A DNA stretch of 64,000 nucleotides from Podarcis filfolensis. Its lineage: Eukaryota. The DNA is taken from assembly GCA_964270895.1 (NCBI GenBank), contig OZ185435.1; one strand, written 5' to 3'. Position 1 is the first letter of the stretch. Every line of letters begins with the position of its first letter. A program made the translations under genes and the position numbers. Below the pieces are notes generated by a model, which was given only the letters and a program-made list of their open reading frames with translations, was not told the origin of the DNA and searched no databases. Positions 49,943 to 62,219 of this stretch are shown in pieces.

Positions 49943-50303
49943 AAGGTAAAGGGATCCCTGACCATTAGGTCCAGTCATGGCCGGCTCTGGGGTTGCGGCG
50001 CTCATCTCGCTTTATTGGCCGAGGGAGCCGGCGTACAGCTTCCGGGTCATGTGGCCAGCATGACTAAGCCGCTTCTGGTGAACCAGAGCAGCGCACGGAA
50101 ACGCCGTTTACCTTCCCGCCAGAAGGTACCTTACCTACCTACCTATTTATCTACTTGCACTTTGACGTGCTTTCGAATTGCTAGGTTGGCAGGAGCTGGG
50201 ACCGAGCAATGGGAGCTCACCCCATCACGGGGATTCGAACCACCAACCTTCTGATTGGCAAGTCCTAGGCTCTGTGGTTTAACCCACAGCGCCACCCGCA
50301 TCC
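49943..50303 (-). mobile_element. Full-length Sauria-type SINE with TSD
   Basis: TSD CTTAAGGATACA at 49931-49942 and 50304-50315; tRNA-like head with B-box (ggttcgaatcc on the minus strand); ACCTTT tail. Confidence 0.92.
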
Positions 50304-50931
50304 CTTAAGGATACATAGAAAGCATCAAAACAGGTGAAGGAAGAACTTAACAGGCAATACCGTATGGTGCCATCTTGCCGTATGGTGTGGGATTCTCCTT
50401 GCAAGTGGATCCTGTGAAGGAAATAGCATACTTGCCAGCCCATTCACACTGCCACGGTGCTGCTTCATGGGGCAGCAGTGATGGCATAAGAGTCAGCCCA
50501 TGAGTGGGGTAACTTGGTTGCCATATTCATGCAGCTTGCCACTGACTACATTGAGTTGCAGGCTCTCAACATGGTCACACTGGCTCGCATGCTCCTTGTA
50601 GCTGTAACTGCAGGGTAACTCCTTGTGGAAGATTTAAAGGACGACCTCATCATAGTCTTACTGTTAAGTATTCTCCTCACTGTGCCTGCTTTCTGTTTTA
50701 GCCTCCTGCAGTGTGACTCCATAAATGAAACTGCTGCAGAAAATAAGTTACCTTCCTTACAAATTCTCACTTTTTAATAGAGGGGCAAGTTAGTGGTGGT
50801 GTTGCGTGTTAAGTGCATGTCACAAACTTCCTGCTCCTCTTGTTGTGTCATGTCTGTGCTACAGATCTTGCTTTGATCCATATCTCTTCTCCCTCCCACC
50901 CACTCTTGTTTTCTCTCTCTTTCTTTTAAAG

Positions 50932-51039
50932 GAACAGGCCAAAGCCAAGAAACAAACTCCACCTCCATCTCCTGCTCCTGTTCCTGCTCCCACACTGCAG
51001 CCGGTGGAAGAAAAATTGCCGTCAAGTCCAGTCTATGAG
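50932..51039 (+). CDS. CTTN: CTTN proline-rich exon EQAKAKKQTPPPSPAPVPAPTLQPVEEKLPSSPVYE
   Basis: taaag|GAA ... GAG|gttagt; 108 nt; TPPxSP and SSPVYE phospho-motifs. Confidence 0.94.
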
Positions 51040-51425
51040 GTTAGTTTGCTAGCTATAGTCATTTAGCCAAAAAGGAAAAAAGCAAAACCCTAGCTGAAGG
51101 ACAAATGCTTTGCATGCTGAAGCTCCCAGGTACAATCACTGGCATCTACCTGTCAGGTAGGAAGTGCTGTGAAAGAGGTCTGTGCCTCCTCTGCTTGTCA
51201 GAGGAGAGAATGTCGGGCTATATGCACAAGTAGTCCAACAGGGGCATCACCGGAAGCTGCCTTATACCACTCAGGACAATAACATTGTAATAAATTTAAT
51301 CACATTTGCTATGCTAAATTTGGAACATTCGACAAGGGAGAGATCATGGGGAGAAATGAGAATACGCTTGAATGAATTATCACGGGGTAGTGAGGAGCAG
51401 ACTTTCAGCTGTATAATGAACAAAC

Positions 51426-51792
51426 TGTTAGGATATTTCCGTTCCACCTTAAAAGGGTGCAGGATGTTTGTATAACACCCTGCGTAAGTTCCTGTCTCAC
51501 AGGATGTTTATGCTATATGTTCCTTTCGATTTTGCCTGTCTTGCCTGAGCAGTCGGAGGAGACGGTCATGATTTCTTTGTTCTGACCAATGCCTAATAAA
51601 CTGTAAATATGCAGTTCTGCTCTCATGCTGTGCAACTTCTGTTGTGTGAATTCTGCTGAAAGAGTGTGCTCTAAGCCAGAGGCTTAGTGTCGCTGAATTG
51701 CTGATATTGCCTGACTACGGGAGGTCGATGGATCGTCCGGCATCCGAGCTTGGGGCTCAGATGGACTCTATCTCCCTGGCAGTATCCCAACA
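51426..51792 (+). mobile_element. Solo LTR, 367 bp
   Basis: TG...CA termini; terminal inverted repeat TGTTAGGATA / TATCCCAACA (9/10); exact 5-bp TSD CAAAC; internal AATAAA at 51595-51600. Confidence 0.85.
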
Positions 51793-52640
51793 CAAACATG
51801 CTGTGCAATTGTATTCCCACAATGACTGTAATGCGGCTGTTGCAGTGCACCACCCCAGCTTCTCCTCGAGTCTGCCAAATTACTTTGCCAAGGAATTGAT
51901 CTGTCGGACTCTCATAAGGCACTTGCTGTGTATCTTCACGGGAAGGGCGCTTGCAAAATGTCCGCTTGCAGCAGTCTCCAAAATGCAAGCAGTCCGTGGG
52001 CTGTCTTCATGGGCTCCTCATTTTTGAAAACTCTGATAAGGAGGAGTTCCTGGTCCTGGGGAGGCTTCTAAGCATGTTCAGCTGAAAGCGCTTAGGGAGG
52101 TCTAAAGGGGGCTTCTGTGTCAGGTGGAGCAGATGAGCATTTGGGGGTGCATGGGGCTGACACGGGTGTCCTCCCCCTGCACACTTTAGCCCTATATGCA
52201 TTAATGTGGGTGTGGTGTGCATTGTGTCCTGTGTACCGGGGGTGGAGCACCTTTATTAGCCCAACAGGGACATTCTGAGAGCCTCGTGCCAGCTGTCAGA
52301 GGCAAAACAGATGGAGCTATGAATATAACTTCTACTTTTGCACTGCAGCATATATGCAAAAAAAGAGGTTTCTCTGTGTGTGCTTGTGTACACATGTGAA
52401 CACTCTCTGTGTGCACTTTCCTCTCCACCCTATGTGCAGGCAAGCAGCAGTTCAAGAACACATGCCAGTCCAGGCTGTGGATTGGAGCAGGCCTTAAGAG
52501 TCCCTGCATTCCCCACCACCCTTCCTCCAGGGTTGAGGATCTCCTCCTAAGGAAGGCAGTAACAACTGCATGTTGTTATCAACAATGTACTTGAAGTTTT
52601 CTCTGTCTGTTATGTTCTGGCTGCCTCTCCTTCCCTCTAG

Positions 52641-52824
52641 GATGCTGTTTCCTTTGAGTCTGGCTACAAGAATTCAAATGCAAATTACTCAGCCGCACAC
52701 GAGCCAGAAACCAACAACAAAGCTGAAGAATCTGACTACCAAGAAGCAGTCAGTAAGCGGGAGCCAGACTATGAATCTGAGACGGTGTATGAAGTGGCTG
52801 GGGCAGGAAACCAGTATCAAGCAG
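52641..52824 (+). CDS. CTTN: CTTN exon DAVSFESGYKN...ETVYEVAGAGNQYQA
   Basis: ctctag|GAT ... GCAG|gttcgt; 184 nt, phase 0 to 1. Confidence 0.9.
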
Positions 52825-53483
52825 GTTCGTCAGCTTGTCTTTTGACCTAGGAGAGATCTCTTTGGTCATGGCTTTAGGCAATGGTAGACTGTTCTCAGAT
52901 CTGGTAGTTTGAGATGTTCAGGCTAGAAAACACTCAGTAAGTGACAGGAGCTGGGAGGTAATACTTTTGAGTAGATGGTTCCTTTTTTTTCTAAAGCTAT
53001 GCAGGGCTGTGTGTAGCTAATGCTGGGCCGGAGATTTACCTGGGAAGCCTCTCTGTGCTGTATTGAGCTCCTTAGAGTAGCATCAGATACAAACCTATAA
53101 ATATTTGGGGTCTGTGCTTTCTGAAAAACAAAGCTGGGGGAAAGGCATACTAGCTTGACTTGTAAGGTGTTAACGGTGTTACATATAGGACATTTGGTGG
53201 GCCAGGGATATCTAATGATTCTAGGCATCTGAAAGTAAGTCCCTCTTGGTGGGATTTATTCTCCAGTAAGCATGTCTAGGATTGCAACCGCAGCCTACTA
53301 GGTCTTGGCTTCAGGCAATAAAAATGATCTTAAATGGTGATTAGAACCTATGTTGGGTGATGCAACTGAATATGGGAGAGACCAACTTTAAGTGTCAGAC
53401 TACATGTTAGTACATGAGTTTAAGAAATTCACATATCCTTTTATTGTGTCATGCATAGTAGTAATGTGTCCCTTTCCCTTTAG

Positions 53484-53552
53484 ATGAAAGTACTTACGAA
53501 TATGAAAACGACCTTGGAATAACAGCGATAGCCCTATATGATTACCAGGCTG
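53484..53552 (+). CDS. CTTN: CTTN exon DESTYEYENDLGITAIALYDYQA (SH3 start)
   Basis: ctttag|AT ... GCTG|gtaagc; 69 nt. Confidence 0.95.
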
Positions 53553-53632
53553 GTAAGCAATACATACTCTTAGTTCTGCAGTTCTGTTTTTTAAAAAAAT
53601 ATATATATTTTGCATGGGGTTATATTGAGCAT

Positions 53633-53654
53633 ACACACACACACACACACACAC
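53633..53654. repeat. (AC)11 microsatellite
   Basis: Direct inspection. Confidence 0.95.
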
Positions 53655-53809
53655 TATTCTTCAAAAAGCACTATCTCATACAATGCAGAACATTTTCAGA
53701 GCTGTGTCATAAATTTTGCAGTTTTCAGAACACAGTGCACAAGCACATGAATGGTGGGTGCGAAATTCAGTAGGTGAGAATATTGACTAAGTTTCTAACC
53801 CTCGCACCT

Positions 53810-54650
53810 GCTTTAAAGACAAGACAGAAGTACTGTTTTTGGGGGACAGGAGGCAGGTGGGTGTGGAGGACTCCCTGGTCCTGAATGGGGTAACTGTGCC
53901 CCTGAAGGACCAGGTGTACAGACTGGGAGTCATTTTGGACTCACAGCTGTCCATGGAGGTGGAGGTCAATTCTGTGTCCAGGGCAGCTGTTTACCAGCTC
54001 CATATGGTACGCAGGCTGAGACCCTACCTGCCTGCAGACTGTCTCGCCAGAGTGGTGCATGCTCTGGTTATCTCTCGCTTGGACTACTGCAATGTGCTCT
54101 ATGTGGGGTTACCTTTGAAAGTGACCCAGAAACTACAACTAATCCAGAATGTGGTAACTAGACTGGTGACTGGGAGCGGCCGCTGAGACCACATAACACC
54201 GGTCTTGAAAGACCTACATTGGCTCCCAGTACGTTTCCGAGCACAATTCAAAGTGTTGATGCTTACCTTTAAAGCCCTAAGTGGCCTCGGTCCAGTATAT
54301 CTGAAGGAGCGTCTCCACCCCCATCTTTCTACCTGGACACTGAGGTCCAGCGCCAAGGGCCTTCTGGCGGTTCCCTCACTGTGAGAAGCCAAGTTACAGG
54401 GAACCAGGCAGAGGGCCTTCTTGGTAGTGGCACCCGCCCTGTGGAACACCCTCCCACCAGATGTCAAAGAGAACAACAACTTACCAGACTTTTGGAAGAC
54501 ATCTGAAGGCAGCCCTGTTTAGGGAAGCTTTTAATGTTTGATGGATTACAGTATTTTAATATTTTTTTGGAAGCCACCCAGAGTGGCTGGGGAAGCCCAG
54601 CCAGATGGGCGGGGGCATAAATAATAAATTATTATTATTTATTAATTATT
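53810..54650 (+). mobile_element. 5'-truncated L2 LINE (best preserved copy)
   Basis: LGVILDSQLSM...ISRLDYCNVLYVGLP...DHITPVLKDLHWLPV, typical of the L2 ORF2 C-terminus; (ATT)n tail. Confidence 0.9.
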
Positions 54651-55662
54651 ATAAAGGTGTGTAGGCAACACCTAATGGTATCTCAGAAGCCAAGAAGGTA
54701 GGGTGAGGCTACATCTCACAGCTTTGCTATATGGCAGAGAAGTATTTTCTGCTTAAATCACTTACTCTGATTGAGACACTGAATTTCAGTTTGTGGTAAT
54801 TCGTTACACCAAATAGTTGGCCACATAGCGTTCCAAAGCAGAATCCACATTGTCTTTTGGGGAAAGGGTTATTAGTTCCACCTCTAGGTTCAAAAATATA
54901 TTTCCACATCTGTGGCAGGAGTTAGTAGATGATAAAAATAACTGGTAACTCTCCCAGTTTTATGAAAGATTTTACGTAAGCATTTTTGTTTTGCTCTTGG
55001 GATTTGGATTACCCTTTCTTCTGCAAGGTTTGTGTCACTCACCTTACTCGCTTTCCAGTATGCTGAGTATATTCCCGAGAATCCTTGCCAAACAGTCTCC
55101 CTTTTGCAATCTGCTTCAAAGGGATTTCCCTTTTGGTAAGCATTCCACTGCAGGATTGCCATGCTAGGTGATCTGGAGGACAAAGACCCCAGTTCCACAG
55201 CAAATCAACAAAGGGTCTGGCAGAGTTGTCATGTGAATGCCAAACACACTTATTCATCATGCCTGACCATTAAAAAACAAGTATCCTATCTGGAAGTAGT
55301 CCTTGGTGATGGCATGATCTGGCACACACATGCCAGGAACAATCTTCAATTGTTTCAATCTTGTTCTCGTGTACCACCTAGGCAAAAGAATCACACGTTT
55401 CTCATAGAATTAAGGTATTTCATATGGAAGTTTGGGATCTCGGGTGCAATCTAGAGTTGTGTTCCCATGTCTTGGGTGTAACCCATACCCTGCAACACCA
55501 AAGACCCTTTCCCTCTTTATAACCATCAGTGAGAACCCTGCTTGAACACAGATTAACCAATTGCAAATACTATTATTTAGTACCTTACCCATTCCCCCAC
55601 CCCACCCCCTTTTATATCTGTATGAGATACTAACTGGAGAGTTGCTTCTGCTCTTTCCACAG

Positions 55663-55799
55663 CTGGGGATGATGAAATTTCCTTTGATCCTGACGACATC
55701 ATCACAAACATTGAAATGATCGATGATGGCTGGTGGAGGGGAGTGTGCAAAGGCAGATACGGGCTCTTCCCAGCTAATTATGTCGAGCTGAGGCAATAG
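55663..55799 (+). CDS. CTTN: CTTN last coding exon [45 protein letters not shown] (SH3)
   Basis: TACTAAC branch point at 55628-55634; ccacag|CT...TAG. Confidence 0.97.
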
Positions 55800-57414
55800 G
55801 AAATAATGTCCTACCATTTATGCCTTAATACCGTGATCATTCGTCTGATTTATTACACTACAAATCATGTTCTTTTTCTTCCGGAGGATGGAGGGGGTCT
55901 ATACATATTCCTTTTATATTTAAGATATTTTGCCGATGCTTTTACAAATGTTTATGGGCTCAGAAATCGCTTAATATATTGTAACTCTCGCGTTCCCCAC
56001 TTCAGCCTGTTGTCATAGGTTTTTAATGCGGTTTGAAAATGGGGGCTTTTCCTTTTGGCCAAATTGGTGATGGTGTTCCCGACAATTTCCAAGGCATTTT
56101 TAGCTCTTTCTGATGGCAACTGCATGTCTCATTTTGTAGCTGTTTGTGTGCTGAATTCCCAAGTAATTCTGTCCAGCTGCTCTATTACTCTCACCGTACT
56201 CTCAGCTACTCATTGTCAGCTTCCCAGATCTCAGCCGTGCAAGTTTATATATCATATTTCCATATATAGGGAACATAGCAGGAGGACCTGAGAAGAGTTG
56301 CAGTTGATGGCAATTGCTCCATAGGAAAAACCTTTTTACATTGATAATAGGAAGGATCCAGTGCAGATACATTTTAAAAAATATTTTCTTGAGGACTGCA
56401 ATCCAGTGGAAAGTTCCCTTGTGCAGCCACCATTCATTCAGTCCAAAAGAGGGTTGAGGCCATTGCCATAAGCATTTGTTGTCTTGTGTTCTCCTCCAGT
56501 GGAAGCCTCCCAATATATTGGCAAAAGAAAACCCTGTTTTACTTCTTCTCCCTGTGCCCAGAACACTGTGAGATTTTTTGGTTCTGAGAGACTTGCCAAG
56601 AAGTGACCGTTGTCATTGTCTTGCAAATAACACCCATCTGCTGCATGCAGTTCATAACACGGCTGCCTTGAAGGTTAAAATGAGGCAATAGGTGTGTACA
56701 TACATACAGGATTTTTATGATTTGGAAGTGGGAGAAGGCCGGCTGTGTGGTAAGCTGGTTATGCAACCTTATTTTACTCAAGGAATGTTAATAAGAGGAG
56801 CTTAAAACCTTGCAGATAATCTCTACTAAGCAATGTGTAGAAAACTACCACCTTTTTTTATAAGTTCAGCTGAAACTGCCAGTAACACAAATCAGTAAAA
56901 GTGTGTCTGCCTCTTGCCAAATGTTAAGCTGAAGTTCTTGCTACTACTTCAATGGGACAAGTCAAATATTGGGTTAGTCACTAATTTTGATCACATGAGC
57001 ATCCCTACCAAAGACGTGTTCAGTGTGTGTGTCCTGTCCATTTCTACTTGACTGGAGGAATTCAGGGAGGAACTGATTGAGCAAGAAAAAGTGAAAAAGT
57101 CTCGTAAGTAAGCCCAGTGGAATATTAAAACAATATTTATGTAAAATGGCAGTGTACAGTATATCTAGGAAGGCGGCCTCGGGGGTGGGATCGTGAGGGG
57201 GGTGGAATTAACTAGTTGGGACAATCTTTAAGAAGAATGTCACTTTTACCTGATGTTTCCTTTCCCACTGGTTTCTATTTGTCTCCTGATTGCATTAATA
57301 GTATTACATTGGGTTGGGCCAGATTTTATATGCAGTTAATCTTACCAAGTTTTGCATAGGACACCTCATAGGGTACATTATTCCTTTTTTCCTTTTTTGT
57401 AAATTAAATATTCA

Positions 57415-57420
57415 AATAAA
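57415..57420 (+). terminator. CTTN: CTTN polyadenylation signal (3' UTR ~55800-57440)
   Basis: AATAAA with U-rich upstream sequence and a GU-rich downstream element (tttgtgtgtgtgtttt ~57447). Confidence 0.75.
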
Positions 57421-57867
57421 ATTTTGGAACCATCTGCAGAGCCTGTTTGTGTGTGTGTTTTAAAGGCTTTATCACATACTGAGCTAGTTTTAAAAAACAC
57501 ACAAAACTATCTCAGAGTATGTGAGAAAGCCTTGGTCACTCCAGCTCTCAATGAGGCATCCACAACCATTGGTGAGCCACATGGACAGCCCAATTCTAAC
57601 AGATTTCACCATCCAGGAAGGACTCTAAGGTCAAAGGAGCACACAGTAGACCTTACACCTTTGAGAACATTGTCTGCATCCTTGGGTACAACATGATCAA
57701 TTCCACCCATCTCTAGCTCTGTATTCACTAGGGCAACCAAATTGGCCTGGATATGAGCTGCTTTCTCTGCAAAATATGTAGCTAATACATCATAGTGGGC
57801 TCAGTGTTATCCAGCAGAGCTTTTTAAGATGCCAAGTGGCCCTGGTGTAGACATGGGGAAGGTGAAG

Positions 57868-58233
57868 GGGACTAGTCTAAACCACTGAGCCTCTTGCTCT
57901 TGCTGATTGGCAGGTTGGCAGTTCGAATCCACGCGACGGAATGAGCTCCCATTGCTCTGTCCCAGCTTCTGCCAACCTAGCAGTTCAAAAGCACACCAGT
58001 GTAAGTAGATAAGTAGGTACCGCTGCAGCGGGAAGGTAAACTGCATTTCCATGTGCTCTGGTTTCCATCACGGTATTCTATTGCACTAGAAGCAGTTTAG
58101 TCATGCTGGCCACATGACGCAGAAAGCTGTCTGTGGACAAAGGCCAGCTCCCTTGGCCTGAAAGCGAGATGAGCGTCACAACCCCATGGTCGCCTTTGAC
58201 CGGACTTGACCGTCCTTTACCTTTACCTTACCT
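57868..58233 (+). mobile_element. Sauria-type SINE
   Basis: tRNA-like head (gttcgaatcc) and (ACCTTT)n tail. Confidence 0.88.
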
Positions 58234-60829
58234 AAATGGAGAAGCAGGCCCTAGAGCCCTCAAGGGCTGAACAAACTGACCAGTTGGTGTGATACCCCCT
58301 CCAATCTATAACTCTGGTACACTTGATGATACGACTAGGACACACACGCATTCATGTTATGTAATTTATGAAATGGTTCACAACTGGTATATATGGAGGA
58401 TTTGTGCTTGGCTTAAAGTCAAGTCATTTTCAAGACCCCCCTGTGTAAATATATTTTAAAGGTATATACTTTTTTTGTGGGGTGAATGAAGGCAGTATAG
58501 CTGTAAATACATTTCATTCTACCTGATGAAGCTTCCTATGTTGCTTCTGTGAAAAACCTGGGGTCCATTTTGCCTATTTGGGAGAATTCCTCGTCACTGT
58601 CAGATTTAATGATAGCAGGGGGAAAAAGAGAGAAAATAAATAATTTGGAAACCAGCAGGGTAGCTTACAGACAGCTTAATCAATATGAATCACCCACCAA
58701 CAACATGATTGTGTTTGTGTCCTCTGATTATTGTTGTATTGAAAAAGCTTGCTCTATTTTTTGAAAGTCTGTGGTATATTACTGATAGTTGGCGGCAGCT
58801 GCTGTGCAGAATAAACCCATTACATACAATGCTCCCTTGTTGCGTCTGTCATAGTTCTGCCTGGATAGGAAGCTTTTTAAAGCCAAGAACGACACATTAA
58901 CATGCAAAGTCACCTTTTCAAGCTCTGGCTCCTACTCTCTGCTGCAAAGCAGCCATGGCTAAGGGCAGTTTTTGCAGCAAACTAGATGGGCCCCTAACCA
59001 GTTACTTTTGCCCTAGCCAGCATTCCAGCTAGTGAGTTTGCTGTAGAAAAGGAACAGCTGTTCCTTTTATGATCTCTTGGGACATGATGGTGGTATTTTT
59101 GAGGATAGGCATCTTTACAATTACAGGTTTCTCTTCTTACCTCTAAAATGTACAAACACATAGTATCTTCTGAAGATTGCAGAAGCCTGAAACTTGAAAG
59201 GGTAGTCAGTGAAAACAGCCAGACCCTGTAAAACCTAGCTGATAGAAGAAAGTGCTATGAAGACATAAATCTCATGTTGTAGCAGGCTGAGATCCCAAAA
59301 ATGTAGCTTCACTAGTAAAGACCCTGGAATTTTTAACTGTTTCAACACAAACTTGCTTTTATTTGCTAGCACTGCCAATAAAATAAAGACTCGCTGGGGG
59401 AAAGGTTTTTGCTACGTTCTGTGTTAAGAGTGAATACAACTCCCTCTGCTGTTTGTGTTCTTCCAGTACAACCACTAACTCGGTCTGACCCACCCTCCTT
59501 TACAGATTAACAGAATAAAATCCTGAAGGTTTCAATAGCCTGCGAAGAAAAACAGAGCGCAATCTTGGCTGTGGTGCTCAACACTGGGAGTAACCTAGCA
59601 TAAATTTTTTTTCTTGAGAGAGTCCAGCCAATCTTAAGGCATTTCTGTGCTGCGTTTTATAAAGCCCCTCTTTAAGCTGCTACTTTATTTTTAGCTTGCA
59701 CAGATGGCAAGATTTAAGGGGATGGTGAAGAATGTTCTTGCATCCAATTTATTTTATATAAAGCCTTGAGGCTGAGGAGAATTGTTAAGGGGTGGGGGTA
59801 GGGAATCCATTACCCAATGTGTTTAATTTTCAAATGTGGTTTGGAACTGGGAAGAAATGAATCATGGTTTGGAGACTTGCTTCCACCTACCTCAGTGGTG
59901 GGTTTGCACATCTTGCTCCTCCATTCTTTTCTTTCCCTTGCAGTCTTCCTTTTCCCTCCAGGAAAAATAAGAAATTTCAGATTTCAGAAGTGAAACCCTT
60001 GAGGCTGGTCAGCAGGAGACTGGGCTGCAAGGAATGCTTCCCAAGCCAACCATTTCTGCTTCAGATGTTTCTGTTTCAGTGGATAGAAGTAATTACTCCC
60101 TGTTAAAGCAGGCTCATATTCAAAGCCATTTTGTTTCACTTGGAAAAACTAAACTAATTCAATAAATAGTCACATTAAGCAAATTGGATTTTAACATGAA
60201 AGTTACTAATGAACAGTGTAAATAGGGTTAGCGGAAGAGAAGGGAAGTCCATAGTTGGCACCACTACCTTTCCAAGCAGAAACATGAGCTTCCATAATGT
60301 GATTATGTTGGCCTCTTTTAAAATCAACGATAGCAAATGATTAGCGGATTTCAGTTATGCTTTTAACCAGTTGAGTAAATAATTTATAAACAGCACTGCT
60401 GGATGAAAATTGGTTAAAGTGCTTTTGAATTGTCTAAATCAATCAACAGCTACGTGACCAGTGTGACTTCTCAGCAGATGGTTTAAGATGATTTAATATG
60501 AGAAGTGAATTATAGTGCAATCCAATGCTTCAGTTGCATGGTCTGGAGGGCTTTAGGATCTGCTCTAAGTCTCCAGGGATGGAGTATTTTGGATGTGCTA
60601 CAGCCAGAGACTCTGCTGATGGATTGCCAAAGGGCTGCAAGGCCAACACACCCCACAAATAAAAGGGTAGGGGAGAAGGCTTTTGACATTTCACAAATCT
60701 GTTACTACTCCTGTGCAGAATGATGTAGTCAGATAGCATGAGGTGGAAGGGGAATGTGGGCAGCAGTGTTTGTTTGGGCAACGACCAGCAGGTCCAGGCA
60801 AATCAGAAAGGAAAGGTGTGGCTGGATAG

Positions 60830-61000
60830 CATCACAGAATCATAGAAATGCAGAGTTGGAAGGGACCTTGAGGGTCATCTTGTCTAACTTCCTGCAGTGC
60901 AGGAAACATAGGACAGAAACTATATAAGAACATAAGAGCTCTGCTACATCAGGCCAAAGGCCCATCTAATCAAGCTTCCTGCTCTTCCAGCAGCCAACCA
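60830..61000 (-). mobile_element. Two adjacent CR1-type 3' end fragments
   Basis: agaatcatagaa...gttggaagggacc and aagaacataagagc...aggccaaaggcccatcta tails. Confidence 0.6.
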
Positions 61001-62219
61001 GAAGACCACGCCCAGCAGCATTCTCCCCAGTTGTAATTCCTAGCAATTCATATTTAGAGGCCTATCGCCTCTGGTAGTGGGAGCAGGACACAGGCATCAA
61101 GGCAAGTAGCTAGAATGATGCTTAAAAGCCAACCTGGGGGATATGAGAACCAGGCCATCAGTGGTCCCTGTGCTCTAGCACCTCCCAGCCTTTTCTTAGT
61201 GGGAAATCATAGCCAGGCTTTGCACCTGGGATCTCCTGCAAGCAAAACACATGTTGTTTCAAAGCAGCAGGGTTGGTTGTGCAGCTCTTTTTGTCCATCT
61301 AAAGCTGTGGGAAGGTATTCTCCCATGGTGCATCCTTCCCTCAGCTGCTGTGTCTCATCTATCCTACCTCACTGTGGTGGTTTTTGTTTTGTTTGTTTGT
61401 TTGAGGATACAATGGATGAGGGAGAACCGTGTACGCAGCCTTGAGCTCTCTGGAGGAAAGACAGGATATCGGTGTAGCAAATAAACAAACAACTGGCATG
61501 GCTGCTGGGGGAGCAGCTGGTGTTGCTACATTCCCTGTGGTTTGGTGTGCTGCCAATTCCTTCTCAGGTAACTGGAAGCATTGTAAACTTGCAGGGCAGG
61601 CTCATTGGCTACCCAGAACACCAACAAACTGTCAGGCTTACAGCTCAGATTAATTTGGTTCATGAATGGGATAAGTGAGGGGAACTCATTGTAAATTACA
61701 GTGTAATGGGTTCCAGTCCAATCTCCTTGTATAATTAGAGCAGAATAAAAATAGCCCAGCACGTTTTCAGGTGTGTTTTGAAATGCTCAGACCAGTGGTT
61801 CCTAGAAAGTACAAGGATGGCACTTCATAGACTTTCTTCCACTTTCCCCTACAATTTGTACTTTGATAGAACAAATTGCTGTAGCGATTGGCTCATCCGT
61901 CCCATTGTCAGTCAAATTCTCACTAATGGATTGTGGCCTCTTTAGCTATTGCTTCTAGCATTAGTTACAATTCATTTTGTTGTTGTTTTTATAAAAAGTT
62001 GAGTACTTTTGCCTGATTCTATGCAGGCATTTAATTTCAGGAGGCTTGGGCACATCTAAATCTGCATAGGGTTAGTTTGATTATATGTAAGATTATGTAC
62101 TGCAGTGGTGCTTATTTGGGAATCAGAATTCTGGAACATTGTTTCTGCTCCTGCTAGTCTAATGCGTGAGATGCAGGAGAGCAAATGTGCTTATACATGC
62201 AAATAAATATAGGCTATGT

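Larger units (their letters stand above)
31561..55799 (+). other. CTTN: CTTN (cortactin) coding span, 16 exons, 556 aa
   Basis: Exons sum to 1671 nt in frame: MWKASAGH...NYVELRQ*. Confidence 0.98.

Noticed and set aside
50215-50303. tRNA-like sequence with B-box
   Set aside because: It is the tRNA-derived head of a SINE with TSD, not a tRNA gene.
49943-58233. Inverted pair of Sauria SINEs around the last CTTN exons as a dsRNA/circRNA driver
   Set aside because: The second copy lies beyond the CTTN poly(A) signal, so both are in one RNA only with read-through.
24180-58530. CTGATGA motifs (e.g. 24188, 27845, 35918, 47557, 58523) as hammerhead ribozyme or C/D snoRNA cores
   Set aside because: No stem II plus GAAA with closing helices and no terminal stem with matching C and D boxes on inspection.
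61394-61567. Plus-strand pseudo-exon (…AAGGAAGVATFPVVW…SFS|gtaact)
   Set aside because: In-frame TGA shortly after the likely acceptor and no neighbouring plus-strand exons.
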